Below, piece by piece: positions 18,785 to 27,811 of a stretch of DNA of 64,000 nucleotides. A model generated the notes under the pieces. The model made no database searches, was not told where the DNA came from, and saw nothing but the letters and a program-made list of their open reading frames with translations. The stretch's first letter is position 1; every line of letters starts with the position of its first letter. Source of the DNA: a virus (Duplodnaviria > Caudoviricetes); the IMG/VR virus record IMGVR_UViG_2919450847_000005, positions 19,130 through 83,129 of that record, one strand, 5' to 3'. Both the position numbers and the translations under genes were made by a program.

Positions 18785-19135
18785 GTGCCCGACATCGAAG
18801 CGATCAAGGCGAGGATCGACTACCTAGGACGAGCGCCGCACGGCCATAAGGCACGTGTGCTCCATTGGACTTTCTTCGCGAAGCCCCCGGGCAAAGCCGT
18901 CTGGGAGATCACTTTCGACCTAGACGAACGGAGCTTCTCATCCCGAGGGAGGAGGCGAGATCGCATAAAATCCGCGCGGACGCCCGCCAGCTTTCACGCC
19001 ATCCTGATGGCGCTCTTACCGCCTGATGAAATCGCCTATGCAACGGCGGCTTCGATTACAGGCCTGACGCCGCGGAAGCGCCCGCGCAAGCCAAGCCCCC
19101 CCGCCGAGAATGGCACAACCCGGAGACCAGCGTGA
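18785..19135 (+). CDS. Paralog-family protein 2
   Basis: HWTFF...WEITFDLDERSF; AILMALLPPDEIAYATAASI. Confidence 0.75.
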   Translation: MPDIEAIKARIDYLGRAPHGHKARVLHWTFFAKPPGKAVWEITFDLDERSFSSRGRRRDRIKSARTPASFHAILMALLPPDEIAYATAASITGLTPRKRPRKPSPPAENGTTRRPA

Positions 19136-20037
19136 ACGTCATGACCCAACACCAGTCCGTATCCACCGTCCTTGCCTCCCGGGCGATGCTCGTATCGCTG
19201 TCCATCTCGCAATGGTCCGGCCACAGGCTGGACCGGAAGGTCACCGACGAGGTGAACCAGCAGCACAACGCCGCCGCTGACGCCGGCCGCTACAACAAGC
19301 ATCTTCTTCCGAAGGCGGCACTCGCCGGCATCGTCAGCGTCGTGAGCGAGACGAAGGCCGGCTTCTATGGCCGGACTCTGCCGTGGATGGACAGCGGCGC
19401 CCGGATCATGGCGGCGCACGCCTACCTCCCTCACATGGCCTGGATCCGCAAGCAGTCGAGCAAGTTCGACAAGGCCGTGGACACCTTCATCGGCGCCTAT
19501 CCGGGATACGTCCGGGACGCCCAGGCCCGGCTGAACGGCATGTTCAAGCCGGAGGATTACCCCGACGCCGATGTGCTGCGCGGCAGGTTCGCCATGCAGG
19601 TGAAGGTCCTGCCGGTGCCGACCTCCGATGACTTCCGGGTCGATATGAGCGAGGCGCAGGCAGCGATTATCCGCAAGGAGATCGAGCAGCAGGTGACCGA
19701 CGCCACCACGTCGGCGGTTCGGGACATCTACGACCGCGTCGCCGAGGTCACGGGCCGCATGGTCGAACGGCTGAACGCCTACCGGCCGGCGGTGAAGGAG
19801 GGAGACCGCGCCGAGGGCGTCTTCCGGGACTCCCTGGTCGGCAACATCCGCGACCTGATCGACGTGCTGCCGGGGCTCAACATCACCGGGGATCCCCAGC
19901 TGGCCGCGATGGTCGAGAAGCTGCGGCCGCTCGCCGAGCACGACGCACATGTGCTGCGCGACAACCCGAGGATCCGGCGCGATGTCGCAGCCGAGGCGCA
20001 GGCGATCCTCGACAGCATCGGGGGCTTCCTGGCGTGA
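19132..20037 (+). CDS. DUF3150-like protein
   Basis: MLVSLSISQWSGHRLDRKV...TLPW...EDYPD; family often found beside AAA/VWA genes in mobile elements. Confidence 0.75.
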   Translation: MNVMTQHQSVSTVLASRAMLVSLSISQWSGHRLDRKVTDEVNQQHNAAADAGRYNKHLLPKAALAGIVSVVSETKAGFYGRTLPWMDSGARIMAAHAYLPHMAWIRKQSSKFDKAVDTFIGAYPGYVRDAQARLNGMFKPEDYPDADVLRGRFAMQVKVLPVPTSDDFRVDMSEAQAAIIRKEIEQQVTDATTSAVRDIYDRVAEVTGRMVERLNAYRPAVKEGDRAEGVFRDSLVGNIRDLIDVLPGLNITGDPQLAAMVEKLRPLAEHDAHVLRDNPRIRRDVAAEAQAILDSIGGFLA

Positions 20038-20330
20038 AGGCGCTCCCGGACGACTTGTGCTTCATCGCAGGACGGACGGTCACGGCGCACACGATCACCT
20101 GGGAGTTCCGCAGCGAGGCCGAGTTCGCATCGCGTCGGCCTACCCGCTTCTTCCTGGTGATGGACATCGCCAGCAGAACCTTCGACACGACGCAGCGGCC
20201 GACCGCCCCGGCGATTAAGAGCGACTATCCGGCCGGAGTCGAAACCCTGCGCTCGCTCCTTCCGACGAAGGAACTGGTGTTGGCGACCGCTCTCTCCATC
20301 ACCCACCGACAATCGGCTCCCCCCGCTTAG
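20034..20330 (+). CDS. Paralog-family protein 3
   Basis: TWEFR...FFLVMDIASRTF; ETLRSLLPTKELVLATALSI. Confidence 0.75.
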   Translation: MKALPDDLCFIAGRTVTAHTITWEFRSEAEFASRRPTRFFLVMDIASRTFDTTQRPTAPAIKSDYPAGVETLRSLLPTKELVLATALSITHRQSAPPA

Positions 20331-20414
20331 CCAGGGCGCGGCAGGCGAGGGCAGGGGCGGGGCGCCATCACCCCCAAGATGGCGCCCCGTTTCCTATCAA
20401 CTGGAGGACCAAGC

Positions 20415-20822
20415 ATGCCGCCAACTTCAAGGCCGGCACCGCCGTCGCACACCATCACCTACCTGCTCATCCCGGTGATCGGTGACATCAAGACATTCGA
20501 ACTCGCACGACCTCGCGATGAAGAAGATTACGGCCGGATGCTCCAAGGCATTCGCCAGCATTTCGATGAACGTTTCGAGCATGTGGCCGTGCTCTACAAC
20601 GGAGAGCGCCGGGACATGTTCGTCGGAGAGACCTCGGCGATCAACGGCCGCCACATCCGCAACGTGCGGGCCACCGCGATCTACCGGGCCAATGCTCGGG
20701 CCCAATGGTTGGCGGGGCTGCACTCCCTCGACCGCGTCCCCGTCGTCGGCTTCAACGCCGAAGCCCTGCCGGCCATCAGCGGCCCGGCGGTCCTATTCCC
20801 TGCCACACTCGTCTGGCGCTAA
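20415..20822 (+). CDS. Hypothetical protein
   Basis: GGAGG RBS; ATG 20415. Confidence 0.65.
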   Translation: MPPTSRPAPPSHTITYLLIPVIGDIKTFELARPRDEEDYGRMLQGIRQHFDERFEHVAVLYNGERRDMFVGETSAINGRHIRNVRATAIYRANARAQWLAGLHSLDRVPVVGFNAEALPAISGPAVLFPATLVWR

Positions 20823-20878
20823 GCCCTGTGCAGGGCCGCTCCGCATCCCCGCCGATCATGGCGCAAATGGAGACCTCC

Positions 20879-21880
20879 ATGCATATCAAGTCCGCCGCCC
20901 TCAATCTGGCCGACTATCTCGATGAGGACACGCCCGCCTTCATGATGGGGCCGCCTGGCATCGGCAAGTCGGCCATCGCCCGGCAGATCGCCGTATCGCG
21001 CGGCTGGAACCTGATCGACTTCCGCGCCTCGACCCGCGATCCCGTTGCCCTGATGGGGCTGCCCGACCTCTCCGACGCGACCACGAAGTGGAAGGTTCCC
21101 GACGAGTTCCCGCAGGTGGAGCGCGATGGCGAGGAGGGCATTCTCTTCCTCGACGAGCTAAACGCCGCGGCGCCGTCCATGATGGCCGCCATGTTCGGCC
21201 TGGTGCTGGACCGGCGTGTCGGCGACTACCAGCTGCCGCCGGGCTGGCGCGTGGTGGCGGCGGGCAACCGGCAGGCGGACCGCGCGGCGGCGCAGCGCAT
21301 GCCGACGGCCCTGGCCAACCGCTTCGCTCACATCGAAGTCAGCGCCGACACCAGCGGCGACCACGACAACGTCCACGTCGAGCACTTCAACACGATCGGT
21401 GTCGACCCGATCCTCATCGCCTTCCTGCGCTTCCGGCCGGCGCTCATCCACAGCATGCCGACCAATGATGCGCTGGCCTTCCCCACGCCGCGCTCTTGGG
21501 AGCAGGCGGCGAAGTACATCGGCAAGCCGTCATCCCGTCGGCTCAGCCTCATCACCGGCGTGGTTGGGGAGGGCGCGGCGGCCGAGCTCGAAGGCTTCAT
21601 CCGCGTCTACCAGAACCTCCCGTCGCTCGACCTGGTGCTGTCGAAGCCTGACACCACGCAGCTGCCCGCCGATCCGGCGGCTCGCTTCGCCATCTCGGCC
21701 GGCCTCGCCCGGAAGGTGGACGAGAGGACGTTCGCCAACGCCATGGTCTACATGCGCCGGCTGCCGCGCGAGTTCGAGATCATGTTCACCGTCGACGCCG
21801 TGCGGCGCGACACCAAGCTCTCGCACACGCCCACCTTCACCGACTGGGCCGTGCGCAACCAAGACGTGACGCTCGGCTGA
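20879..21880 (+). CDS. MoxR-like AAA+ ATPase
   Basis: Walker A GPPGIGKS, Walker B ILFLDELN, VVAAGN, ALANRF, PTPRSWE. Confidence 0.92.
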   Translation: MHIKSAALNLADYLDEDTPAFMMGPPGIGKSAIARQIAVSRGWNLIDFRASTRDPVALMGLPDLSDATTKWKVPDEFPQVERDGEEGILFLDELNAAAPSMMAAMFGLVLDRRVGDYQLPPGWRVVAAGNRQADRAAAQRMPTALANRFAHIEVSADTSGDHDNVHVEHFNTIGVDPILIAFLRFRPALIHSMPTNDALAFPTPRSWEQAAKYIGKPSSRRLSLITGVVGEGAAAELEGFIRVYQNLPSLDLVLSKPDTTQLPADPAARFAISAGLARKVDERTFANAMVYMRRLPREFEIMFTVDAVRRDTKLSHTPTFTDWAVRNQDVTLG

Positions 21881-21883
21881 GCC

Positions 21884-22273
21884 ATGGCGAATGCCCCCAT
21901 CGTGTGGATAGCCGGACCGGTCGGGTTCCAGATCAGCAACTCCATCGAAGCGGATGCGACCATTACCCGGTTCAGCCATGTGGTCACAGCCGCACGATGG
22001 GAGTTCGTCGGCCGCAGCGAAGCGGACGAACTCCGCCGCTGGGCCCTGCGGTTCGAGCTGAGCTCGCGGAAGTTCACGGTCAACAGCCTGAACGTCAGCA
22101 AGTGGGAGCAGGCGCACAGACAGCGCCTGTTCGACCTCTACCGGCCGGCCGCCATTCTACGCCGTGACCTTGCGGGCCGAAGCATGCTTGCCGCCATGCG
22201 ATCGATGCTCACCGATATCGAGATCGCGGAGCTCACCGCGCTGGCCATCCGTGGCGGAGCCGCCGATGGCTAG
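21884..22273 (+). CDS. Paralog-family protein 4
   Basis: RWEFV...WALRFELSSRKF; AAMRSMLTDIEIAELTALAI. Confidence 0.78.
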   Translation: MANAPIVWIAGPVGFQISNSIEADATITRFSHVVTAARWEFVGRSEADELRRWALRFELSSRKFTVNSLNVSKWEQAHRQRLFDLYRPAAILRRDLAGRSMLAAMRSMLTDIEIAELTALAIRGGAADG

Positions 22274-22586
22274 GATCAAGCGCATCTGGGGGCCGAGCAA
22301 GCGCGCCGACAGCCCCGGCATGGCGGTGTGGACGTTCTCGGCTGAGCATGAGGACGGTCGCACCGCCATGTACCGGCTGACCTTCTTCCTCGACAGCCGG
22401 CGATTTAAGGTCAACCACCTCGGCGAGGACAAGCAGGCCAAGGCCTATCTGCAGACCATGCATACCTTGATGAAGCCGGACGACGGGATCTTCGAGGGCA
22501 AGGTCACCGACATCCTCAAAGCGCGGATCCCTCCGGAGCAATTGGCGGCCGTCACGGCGCGCGCCCTCCTGCATGGGAGAAAGTGA
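22266..22586 (+). CDS. Paralog-family protein 5
   Basis: VWTFS...YRLTFFLDSRRF; DILKARIPPEQLAAVTARAL. Confidence 0.8.
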   Translation: MARIKRIWGPSKRADSPGMAVWTFSAEHEDGRTAMYRLTFFLDSRRFKVNHLGEDKQAKAYLQTMHTLMKPDDGIFEGKVTDILKARIPPEQLAAVTARALLHGRK

Positions 22587-22960
22587 TGGCAATCATCCGC
22601 AAGGTGCTCGGCCCGTTCAGCCCTGAGGCTGTTCACCCAGGCACGAAGGACGCGGAGCTGCGCTGGTACTTCGTCGGCATCCGTGGCGACCAGACCACCG
22701 CGCATTGGGCGCTGATCTTCAAGGCAGAGGATCGGAAGTTCACCGTCTCCACCAGCCAACTCGGCAGCGCGTGGCGCGGGAATTCCATGGCGCGCGCGTC
22801 GAGGGAACTCGGCGACGCGTACCCAAGCGTGGTGGTCCATCCCGATGCGTTTCTCGACGGCAGCCCAGTGGAGGAGGGACGTGTCGTCGACATCCTGCGC
22901 AAACGCCTGAACCCTGAGGATTTCGCCAAAGCCACGGCGTTGGCGATTGCTAGGAGGTGA
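22586..22960 (+). CDS. Paralog-family protein 6
   Basis: RWYFV...WALIFKAEDRKF; DILRKRLNPEDFAKATALAI. Confidence 0.8.
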   Translation: MAIIRKVLGPFSPEAVHPGTKDAELRWYFVGIRGDQTTAHWALIFKAEDRKFTVSTSQLGSAWRGNSMARASRELGDAYPSVVVHPDAFLDGSPVEEGRVVDILRKRLNPEDFAKATALAIARR

Positions 22961-22962
22961 GA

Positions 22963-23307
22963 ATGGAGCGTGCCTATGGCGTAAAGAGGAGGGGGGACTT
23001 CCGCTGGATGATCGAGCAGCGCGTCGCTAAGGCGCCCATCATGCGGTTCGATCTGAGGTTCTCGATCGCAACCCGCACCTTCGACTGCTCCGTCTGGAAG
23101 AGGTATTCAAAGGCCAGCCCATGGATGAATCGCAAACCCGCTACTGAAGCCGAGCTCGCCATGGCGAAGCAGGCCATCGGCGCCGAAGAAATTGCCCGCT
23201 GCGTCGCCGCCTCTCTCGCGACTTCAGGATCGATCGCGGACACCAGGCGCGCCGTGAATTCCTGGCTTATCGGGACCTCCGACGGCATTCACCCGAGGCG
23301 CGCGTGA
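22963..23307 (+). CDS. Paralog-family protein 7
   Basis: RWMIE...FDLRFSIATRTF; AMAKQAIGAEEIARCVAASL. Confidence 0.75.
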   Translation: MERAYGVKRRGDFRWMIEQRVAKAPIMRFDLRFSIATRTFDCSVWKRYSKASPWMNRKPATEAELAMAKQAIGAEEIARCVAASLATSGSIADTRRAVNSWLIGTSDGIHPRRA

Positions 23308-23627
23308 CAACACGGCAAGAGCGTTGGCTTGTCGCGATCGAAGGCCCCACCGAACGCACGGCCATTCCCGACTGGCATCTCGATAGAGGCGGCGCCATCG
23401 AGTGGTGCTGGCGCTTCCACCGGCGCGGCGATAAGACCCGGTCTTATCTTCTTTCGATCAACCTGGGCTCAAGGGAGTGGCAGGCTCTGCATAAGCCTCG
23501 CCGCATTGAAGAAGGGTACAGGTTCCCTTCGCTGTCCCGAGCCATCCCGCTCCTCCGCTCCAGACTTTCTCACCAGGACGTCGCCGAACTGACAGCGGCG
23601 CTGATCACACGCGGGGCGAAGCCATGA
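23304..23627 (+). CDS. Paralog-family protein 8
   Basis: CWRFH...YLLSINLGSREW; PLLRSRLSHQDVAELTAALI. Confidence 0.75.
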   Translation: MTTRQERWLVAIEGPTERTAIPDWHLDRGGAIEWCWRFHRRGDKTRSYLLSINLGSREWQALHKPRRIEEGYRFPSLSRAIPLLRSRLSHQDVAELTAALITRGAKP

Positions 23628-24043
23628 AAGCCGAGACGCTGCGCAAATACTATGGCGCTCCGACGCTCGACCGGAGTCTTCCGATCCCCAGCTTCGTATG
23701 GCACCCGAAGAAGAGAGGGTGGCCGAAGACGAGCTACCGCCTCAGCTACAGCCCGAGCGGCAGGATGTGGTTCGGTTCGACCCACATTCGCATCAGTCGC
23801 CTCACGAAGAATCCCAGCGCAACCGGGCCGCTCAACCCGCCGGATGTCGAGATCCTAAAAGCCGCGCTCAAGCCCGAGCAGATCGCCATGTGCGCCGCAG
23901 CCTCGATCGAGGCGACCAAGCGACCGCAGGGCGATGCGGTCGTGACGGTTTCCCACGTCCAGTACACCCGCGTCATCAACCTCAAGATCTCCGCCGGGGG
24001 GCATACCTTCACCTCTCCGCCCACCAACAGAGGCGTACCATGA
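23624..24043 (+). CDS. Paralog-family protein 9 (C-terminally extended)
   Basis: VWHP...YRLSYSPSGRMW; EILKAALKPEQIAMCAAASI. Confidence 0.72.
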   Translation: MKAETLRKYYGAPTLDRSLPIPSFVWHPKKRGWPKTSYRLSYSPSGRMWFGSTHIRISRLTKNPSATGPLNPPDVEILKAALKPEQIAMCAAASIEATKRPQGDAVVTVSHVQYTRVINLKISAGGHTFTSPPTNRGVP

Positions 24044-25197
24044 ACACCGACGATAAGATCCTCGCCGCGAAGACGGCGCTCATGTGGGACCACCCGTTCT
24101 TCTCGGTGCTGCTGGTCCAGCTGAAGATGATCGATGCGACAGACGACCCGCGCATCAACACCATGGCGACCGATGGGCGGCACCTCTACTACGACCGGAA
24201 GTTCGTCGACGGCCTGAAGAAGGACGAGCTCGTCTTCGTGCTGGCCCACGAGGTCATGCACAACGCGATGCTGCACAGTATCCGACGGCAGGAGCGGCAC
24301 CACATGCTGTTCAACATCGCCTGCGACTACGCGATCAACGGCGAGCTCAAGGCGTGCAACGTGGGTACGATGCCGAAAGCTGGGCTCATCGACGATCGGT
24401 TCACAGGCCTCGGCGCCGAGGAAATCTACCGCATCCTGCTGGAGGAGAACCCGGCGGCAGCAGCCGCGGCGTCGCAGCCTGGCGCGGACCCAGGCGGGTG
24501 CGGCGGCGTGCTCGATGGCTGCGCACAGCACGACGAGGCGGCCAAGGCCGAGCTGAAGGCCGAGATCATGACGCAGGTGCAGCAGGCGGCGATGGTCGCC
24601 AAGGCCACCCAAGCCGGGAAGCTGCCCGCCGGCATCGCGCGGCTCATCGACCAGCTGCTCGCGCCCAAGGTCGACTGGCGCGCCGTGCTGCGCCGCTTCA
24701 TCGACGAGTCCTCGCACCGCGATTTCAGCTGGGCCAAGCCGAACCGCCGGCTCATCCCGCACGGCATCTATACCCCGAGCACGATCAGCGACGGCGTCAG
24801 CCACATCGTGATCGCGGTCGACACGTCAGGGTCCATCGATGACGCGATCCTTCGGGACTTCGCCGCCGAGATCAACGGGGCGTTCGGCGAGGGGGCGGTC
24901 GATCGGCTGTCCGTGATCTACGCCGACGCCCAAGTGAACCACATCGAGGAGTTCGAGACCGGCGACGAACTGGTGCTGCACCCCGCCGGCGGCGGCGGCA
25001 CGGCATTCAGCCACACGTTCAAGACGATCGCTGACCAGTTCCCGGATGCGCGGGCCACGATCTACCTGACCGACATGCACGTCTGCGACTTCGGCGAGGA
25101 ACCGCCCATGCCGACGCTCTGGGGCGTCTATGGGCGGACCAAAGACTTCGGCTCGCTTACCCCGCCGTTCGGCGAATGCATCAATATCAGCGTCTAG
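24040..25197 (+). CDS. DUF2201-like metallopeptidase plus VWA domain protein
   Basis: TMATDG...HEVMH (HExxH); MIDAS DTSGS; GGGGT; YLTD. Confidence 0.9.
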   Translation: MNTDDKILAAKTALMWDHPFFSVLLVQLKMIDATDDPRINTMATDGRHLYYDRKFVDGLKKDELVFVLAHEVMHNAMLHSIRRQERHHMLFNIACDYAINGELKACNVGTMPKAGLIDDRFTGLGAEEIYRILLEENPAAAAAASQPGADPGGCGGVLDGCAQHDEAAKAELKAEIMTQVQQAAMVAKATQAGKLPAGIARLIDQLLAPKVDWRAVLRRFIDESSHRDFSWAKPNRRLIPHGIYTPSTISDGVSHIVIAVDTSGSIDDAILRDFAAEINGAFGEGAVDRLSVIYADAQVNHIEEFETGDELVLHPAGGGGTAFSHTFKTIADQFPDARATIYLTDMHVCDFGEEPPMPTLWGVYGRTKDFGSLTPPFGECINISV

Positions 25198-25209
25198 AAA
25201 GGGGCGAAG

Positions 25210-25929
25210 TCACTTTTCCTCCCGCTGAGTGGTGGCAGTGGACACAGCTAAGAAGGCAAAATCCGCCATGATAAGCGCGTTGACGCTCGATTTCATGGTG
25301 GAATAGGTCACGATACCATGAATGCAGGCATGTCGGTTGGGGACTGGGTCTCGTGAAATGGCCTCGATGGATTCCTTTGTCTTCAGCTTTTTGTACATGT
25401 GATTTGTTAACTTCTCAATGAGCCCGTACGTAAACATACCGCCACCATCTGCGTACTCTGCGATTACTTCGCCGGAGCTCCTTTGCAATTCATGGAGGCT
25501 TGAAATCATTTTCCCGGGCTCATCTTTTTTATGCCAAGTGATGCGCCCCAATCGCTCAAGTTCCGGAAATATCAATCGAGGTACAGATCTATAAAATCCT
25601 GCCTCATGGCAATTGATAGCCTCTTCGAATGTCGCTTTAGCTTCATCGTCGATATTGTGTTTGGAGACCGAGCTGAGCAAAGTGTGGCGGACCGCGATCC
25701 AGTTGTCGCGATAAAATTCTTCGAGTCGCAGGTCTAGTATTGCTGGGTCCAGAAATACGGATTCTTCAAAATCTGGTGTCGTTGCGTGAGGTAGCCATCC
25801 GGATAAGATGACCTGATCAGATCTAGCGATAGCTTTATTGAAACCTTCGACGGCTCTAGATATGTTCCGAAGGATGTTCGTGAACGGAGTTATGTCGATG
25901 CGAGGGAATAACTGTCGAATCGTGGTCAC
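25210..25929 (-). CDS. AT-rich moron; putative HEPN-domain protein
   Basis: Opposite strand, visibly lower GC, NRHACIHG (R-x4-H) near the C-terminus. Confidence 0.65.
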   Translation of the reverse strand: MTTIRQLFPRIDITPFTNILRNISRAVEGFNKAIARSDQVILSGWLPHATTPDFEESVFLDPAILDLRLEEFYRDNWIAVRHTLLSSVSKHNIDDEAKATFEEAINCHEAGFYRSVPRLIFPELERLGRITWHKKDEPGKMISSLHELQRSSGEVIAEYADGGGMFTYGLIEKLTNHMYKKLKTKESIEAISRDPVPNRHACIHGIVTYSTMKSSVNALIMADFAFLAVSTATTQREEK

Positions 25930-26054
25930 TTTCCCCTCATCAATCTCAAGAGCATGAGGTGTGATATATAACCGTAGTTATCTCATTCTGACAGAAATTT
26001 TTAGATCCGCTCACGACCAACGCCCCGCCGCTAATGGCAATCAAGGAGACCGGC

Positions 26055-26663
26055 ATGCCCATCTTCGACATCTTCGTGACCAAGAGCGGCGTGGAGCGCC
26101 ATAGCGTGAATGCTGCTTCTTTCGCTGACGCGCTGAAGCTTTTTCATTTCGGCGAAACGACCATCAAAGACGACGTGACGAGTGACATCGCGCAAGTCAT
26201 TTTCGAGGATCGGGAGACGGGAGCGCGTCTCACCGACGAGCAGATCGAGGCGGGTGCGAGCGAGAACGCCGAACCCGTCGTCCGCTCGTATGGCGTCCGG
26301 CTGTGGGGCACCTTCCGCGGCTGCGCCACCACGGAGGTCGAGGCGACCAGTTTCGAAGAGGCGATGGCGAAGGCAGCCGAGCTTGAGCACTTATACTTCG
26401 GGTTCTCGCTCGAGGACGGGATCGAGGGCGATCAGACGATGAGCGTGTTCGGCCCGGCGGACGACGCTCCCGACGATGAGGATGCCTGGGGCGGGGACGG
26501 CACGGAAATCGACAAGCGCGACGACGGCGAGCCCTTCAGCTGGGACGCGGTGAACATCGTGAAGGATCTGGCCAAGGCCAGCCCCGACGGCAACACCGAG
26601 ATCATCATGACGCTATCGACGTTCATCGACCGTGCGAAGAATGCCTGCTCGAAGGAATCGTAG
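26055..26663 (+). CDS. Acidic hypothetical protein
   Basis: Leader motif plus RBS. Confidence 0.7.
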   Translation: MPIFDIFVTKSGVERHSVNAASFADALKLFHFGETTIKDDVTSDIAQVIFEDRETGARLTDEQIEAGASENAEPVVRSYGVRLWGTFRGCATTEVEATSFEEAMAKAAELEHLYFGFSLEDGIEGDQTMSVFGPADDAPDDEDAWGGDGTEIDKRDDGEPFSWDAVNIVKDLAKASPDGNTEIIMTLSTFIDRAKNACSKES

Positions 26664-26665
26664 AC

Positions 26666-26956
26666 GTGAACCCGGCGCGTCTCCGGCCGCTGATCGCAAA
26701 GGTCGAGGTATGCGAGAGCCACACCGACAAGAACGCGATCTACATCGACTTCTGTGACGAGCAGCGCACACGCTGGTACGTCATATTCCTGACCAAGCGG
26801 CGGGGCTTCGGCGTCGCGCGGCGCTTGCGCCCGGATGGGCAAGGCGGCTGTGAAATTCCTGCCCGCCTCCGAACCTACCTGATCTCCATCATACCGCCCG
26901 ACATCATCGCCCGCTGCACGGCCGCCACGCTCGGCCTTAACGCCGCCCGAGACTGA
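26666..26956 (+). CDS. Paralog-family protein 10
   Basis: YIDFC...WYVIFLTKRRGF; TYLISIIPPDIIARCTAATL. Confidence 0.72.
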   Translation: MNPARLRPLIAKVEVCESHTDKNAIYIDFCDEQRTRWYVIFLTKRRGFGVARRLRPDGQGGCEIPARLRTYLISIIPPDIIARCTAATLGLNAARD

Positions 26957-27032
26957 CGCGCCACAATCCGCGAACTGCCGCCGACGGCCATCTCTGGCCC
27001 GCCGGGAGGCCTTCTATTGCCAGGAGAACCCT

Positions 27033-27446
27033 ATGACCCAACTCCACCTTCAGCCGGAGGCGGACGACATCCCGTGCCGCTGCGAGAATTGCGACGCCAC
27101 CATGCCGGCGTCGGAGCTCGTTATGGTCACCGACATCGAGGAGCGCATCAGTCCCGGCTGTATAGTGCCGGCCGGCCAGTGCCCGCACTGCCATGGCCTG
27201 GCCTACTACGAAGACGCCAGCGCGCCCAGCTGGACGGCGCAGGCGATTGGTTACCGTCTCCTCGCCGAAGCGGGCGTGACGAAGACCGCGCTGCAAAAAG
27301 CCGAGAGCGCCCTGGTCGGCGCCTATGGCGAACCGGTGGCGGGCGCCAGCCTGCAGAGCGCTACCGGCGTGGACGCGATCATCGCCGTGCAGTTCGCGCT
27401 GTCGGGTGCGCCGGCGGACGAAGTGGCGGTCAATGCCAATGGATGA
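27033..27446 (+). CDS. Hypothetical zinc-ribbon protein
   Basis: CENC...CPHC; GGAGA RBS. Confidence 0.7.
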   Translation: MTQLHLQPEADDIPCRCENCDATMPASELVMVTDIEERISPGCIVPAGQCPHCHGLAYYEDASAPSWTAQAIGYRLLAEAGVTKTALQKAESALVGAYGEPVAGASLQSATGVDAIIAVQFALSGAPADEVAVNANG

Positions 27447-27696
27447 GCACGACTCCAGGACCAGCGACGCCCTTCGCCGCGCCAAGAACGCGCACGCCCG
27501 GCACTTCGGTCGGCTGAATGGCCTCGTCGCCCGGGTCTGCACGGGCACCGACCGGCGCCTGCCCGGCGCCCGTCACTATCCGAAGCGGTTCATCCGCGTG
27601 GAAGACCAGGAGAGCGGCGCCATCACCGACTGGGCCTTCCACCGGCCTCGCCTCGAGAAGATCGCTGAGCGGCCGCCGAGCGGCGCGGAGGCGTGA
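27439..27696 (+). CDS. Hypothetical protein
   Basis: Coupled ORF. Confidence 0.55.
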   Translation: MDEHDSRTSDALRRAKNAHARHFGRLNGLVARVCTGTDRRLPGARHYPKRFIRVEDQESGAITDWAFHRPRLEKIAERPPSGAEA

Positions 27697-27811
27697 CGTG
27701 GACCACAGGACACGCATCCCATCCCCGGCGGAGCGCGCAGTGCTGCGCCAGCGGCGCCTGATGCGCCGCCTATCCGGAGGCGCCCGCCTCGGCAGGCGAG
27801 GAAAAGAGGCG

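Noticed and set aside
12923-20353. 14-nt match GGCAGGCGAGGGCA at 12923 and 20340
   Set aside because: Two short copies in GC-rich DNA; chance is plausible.
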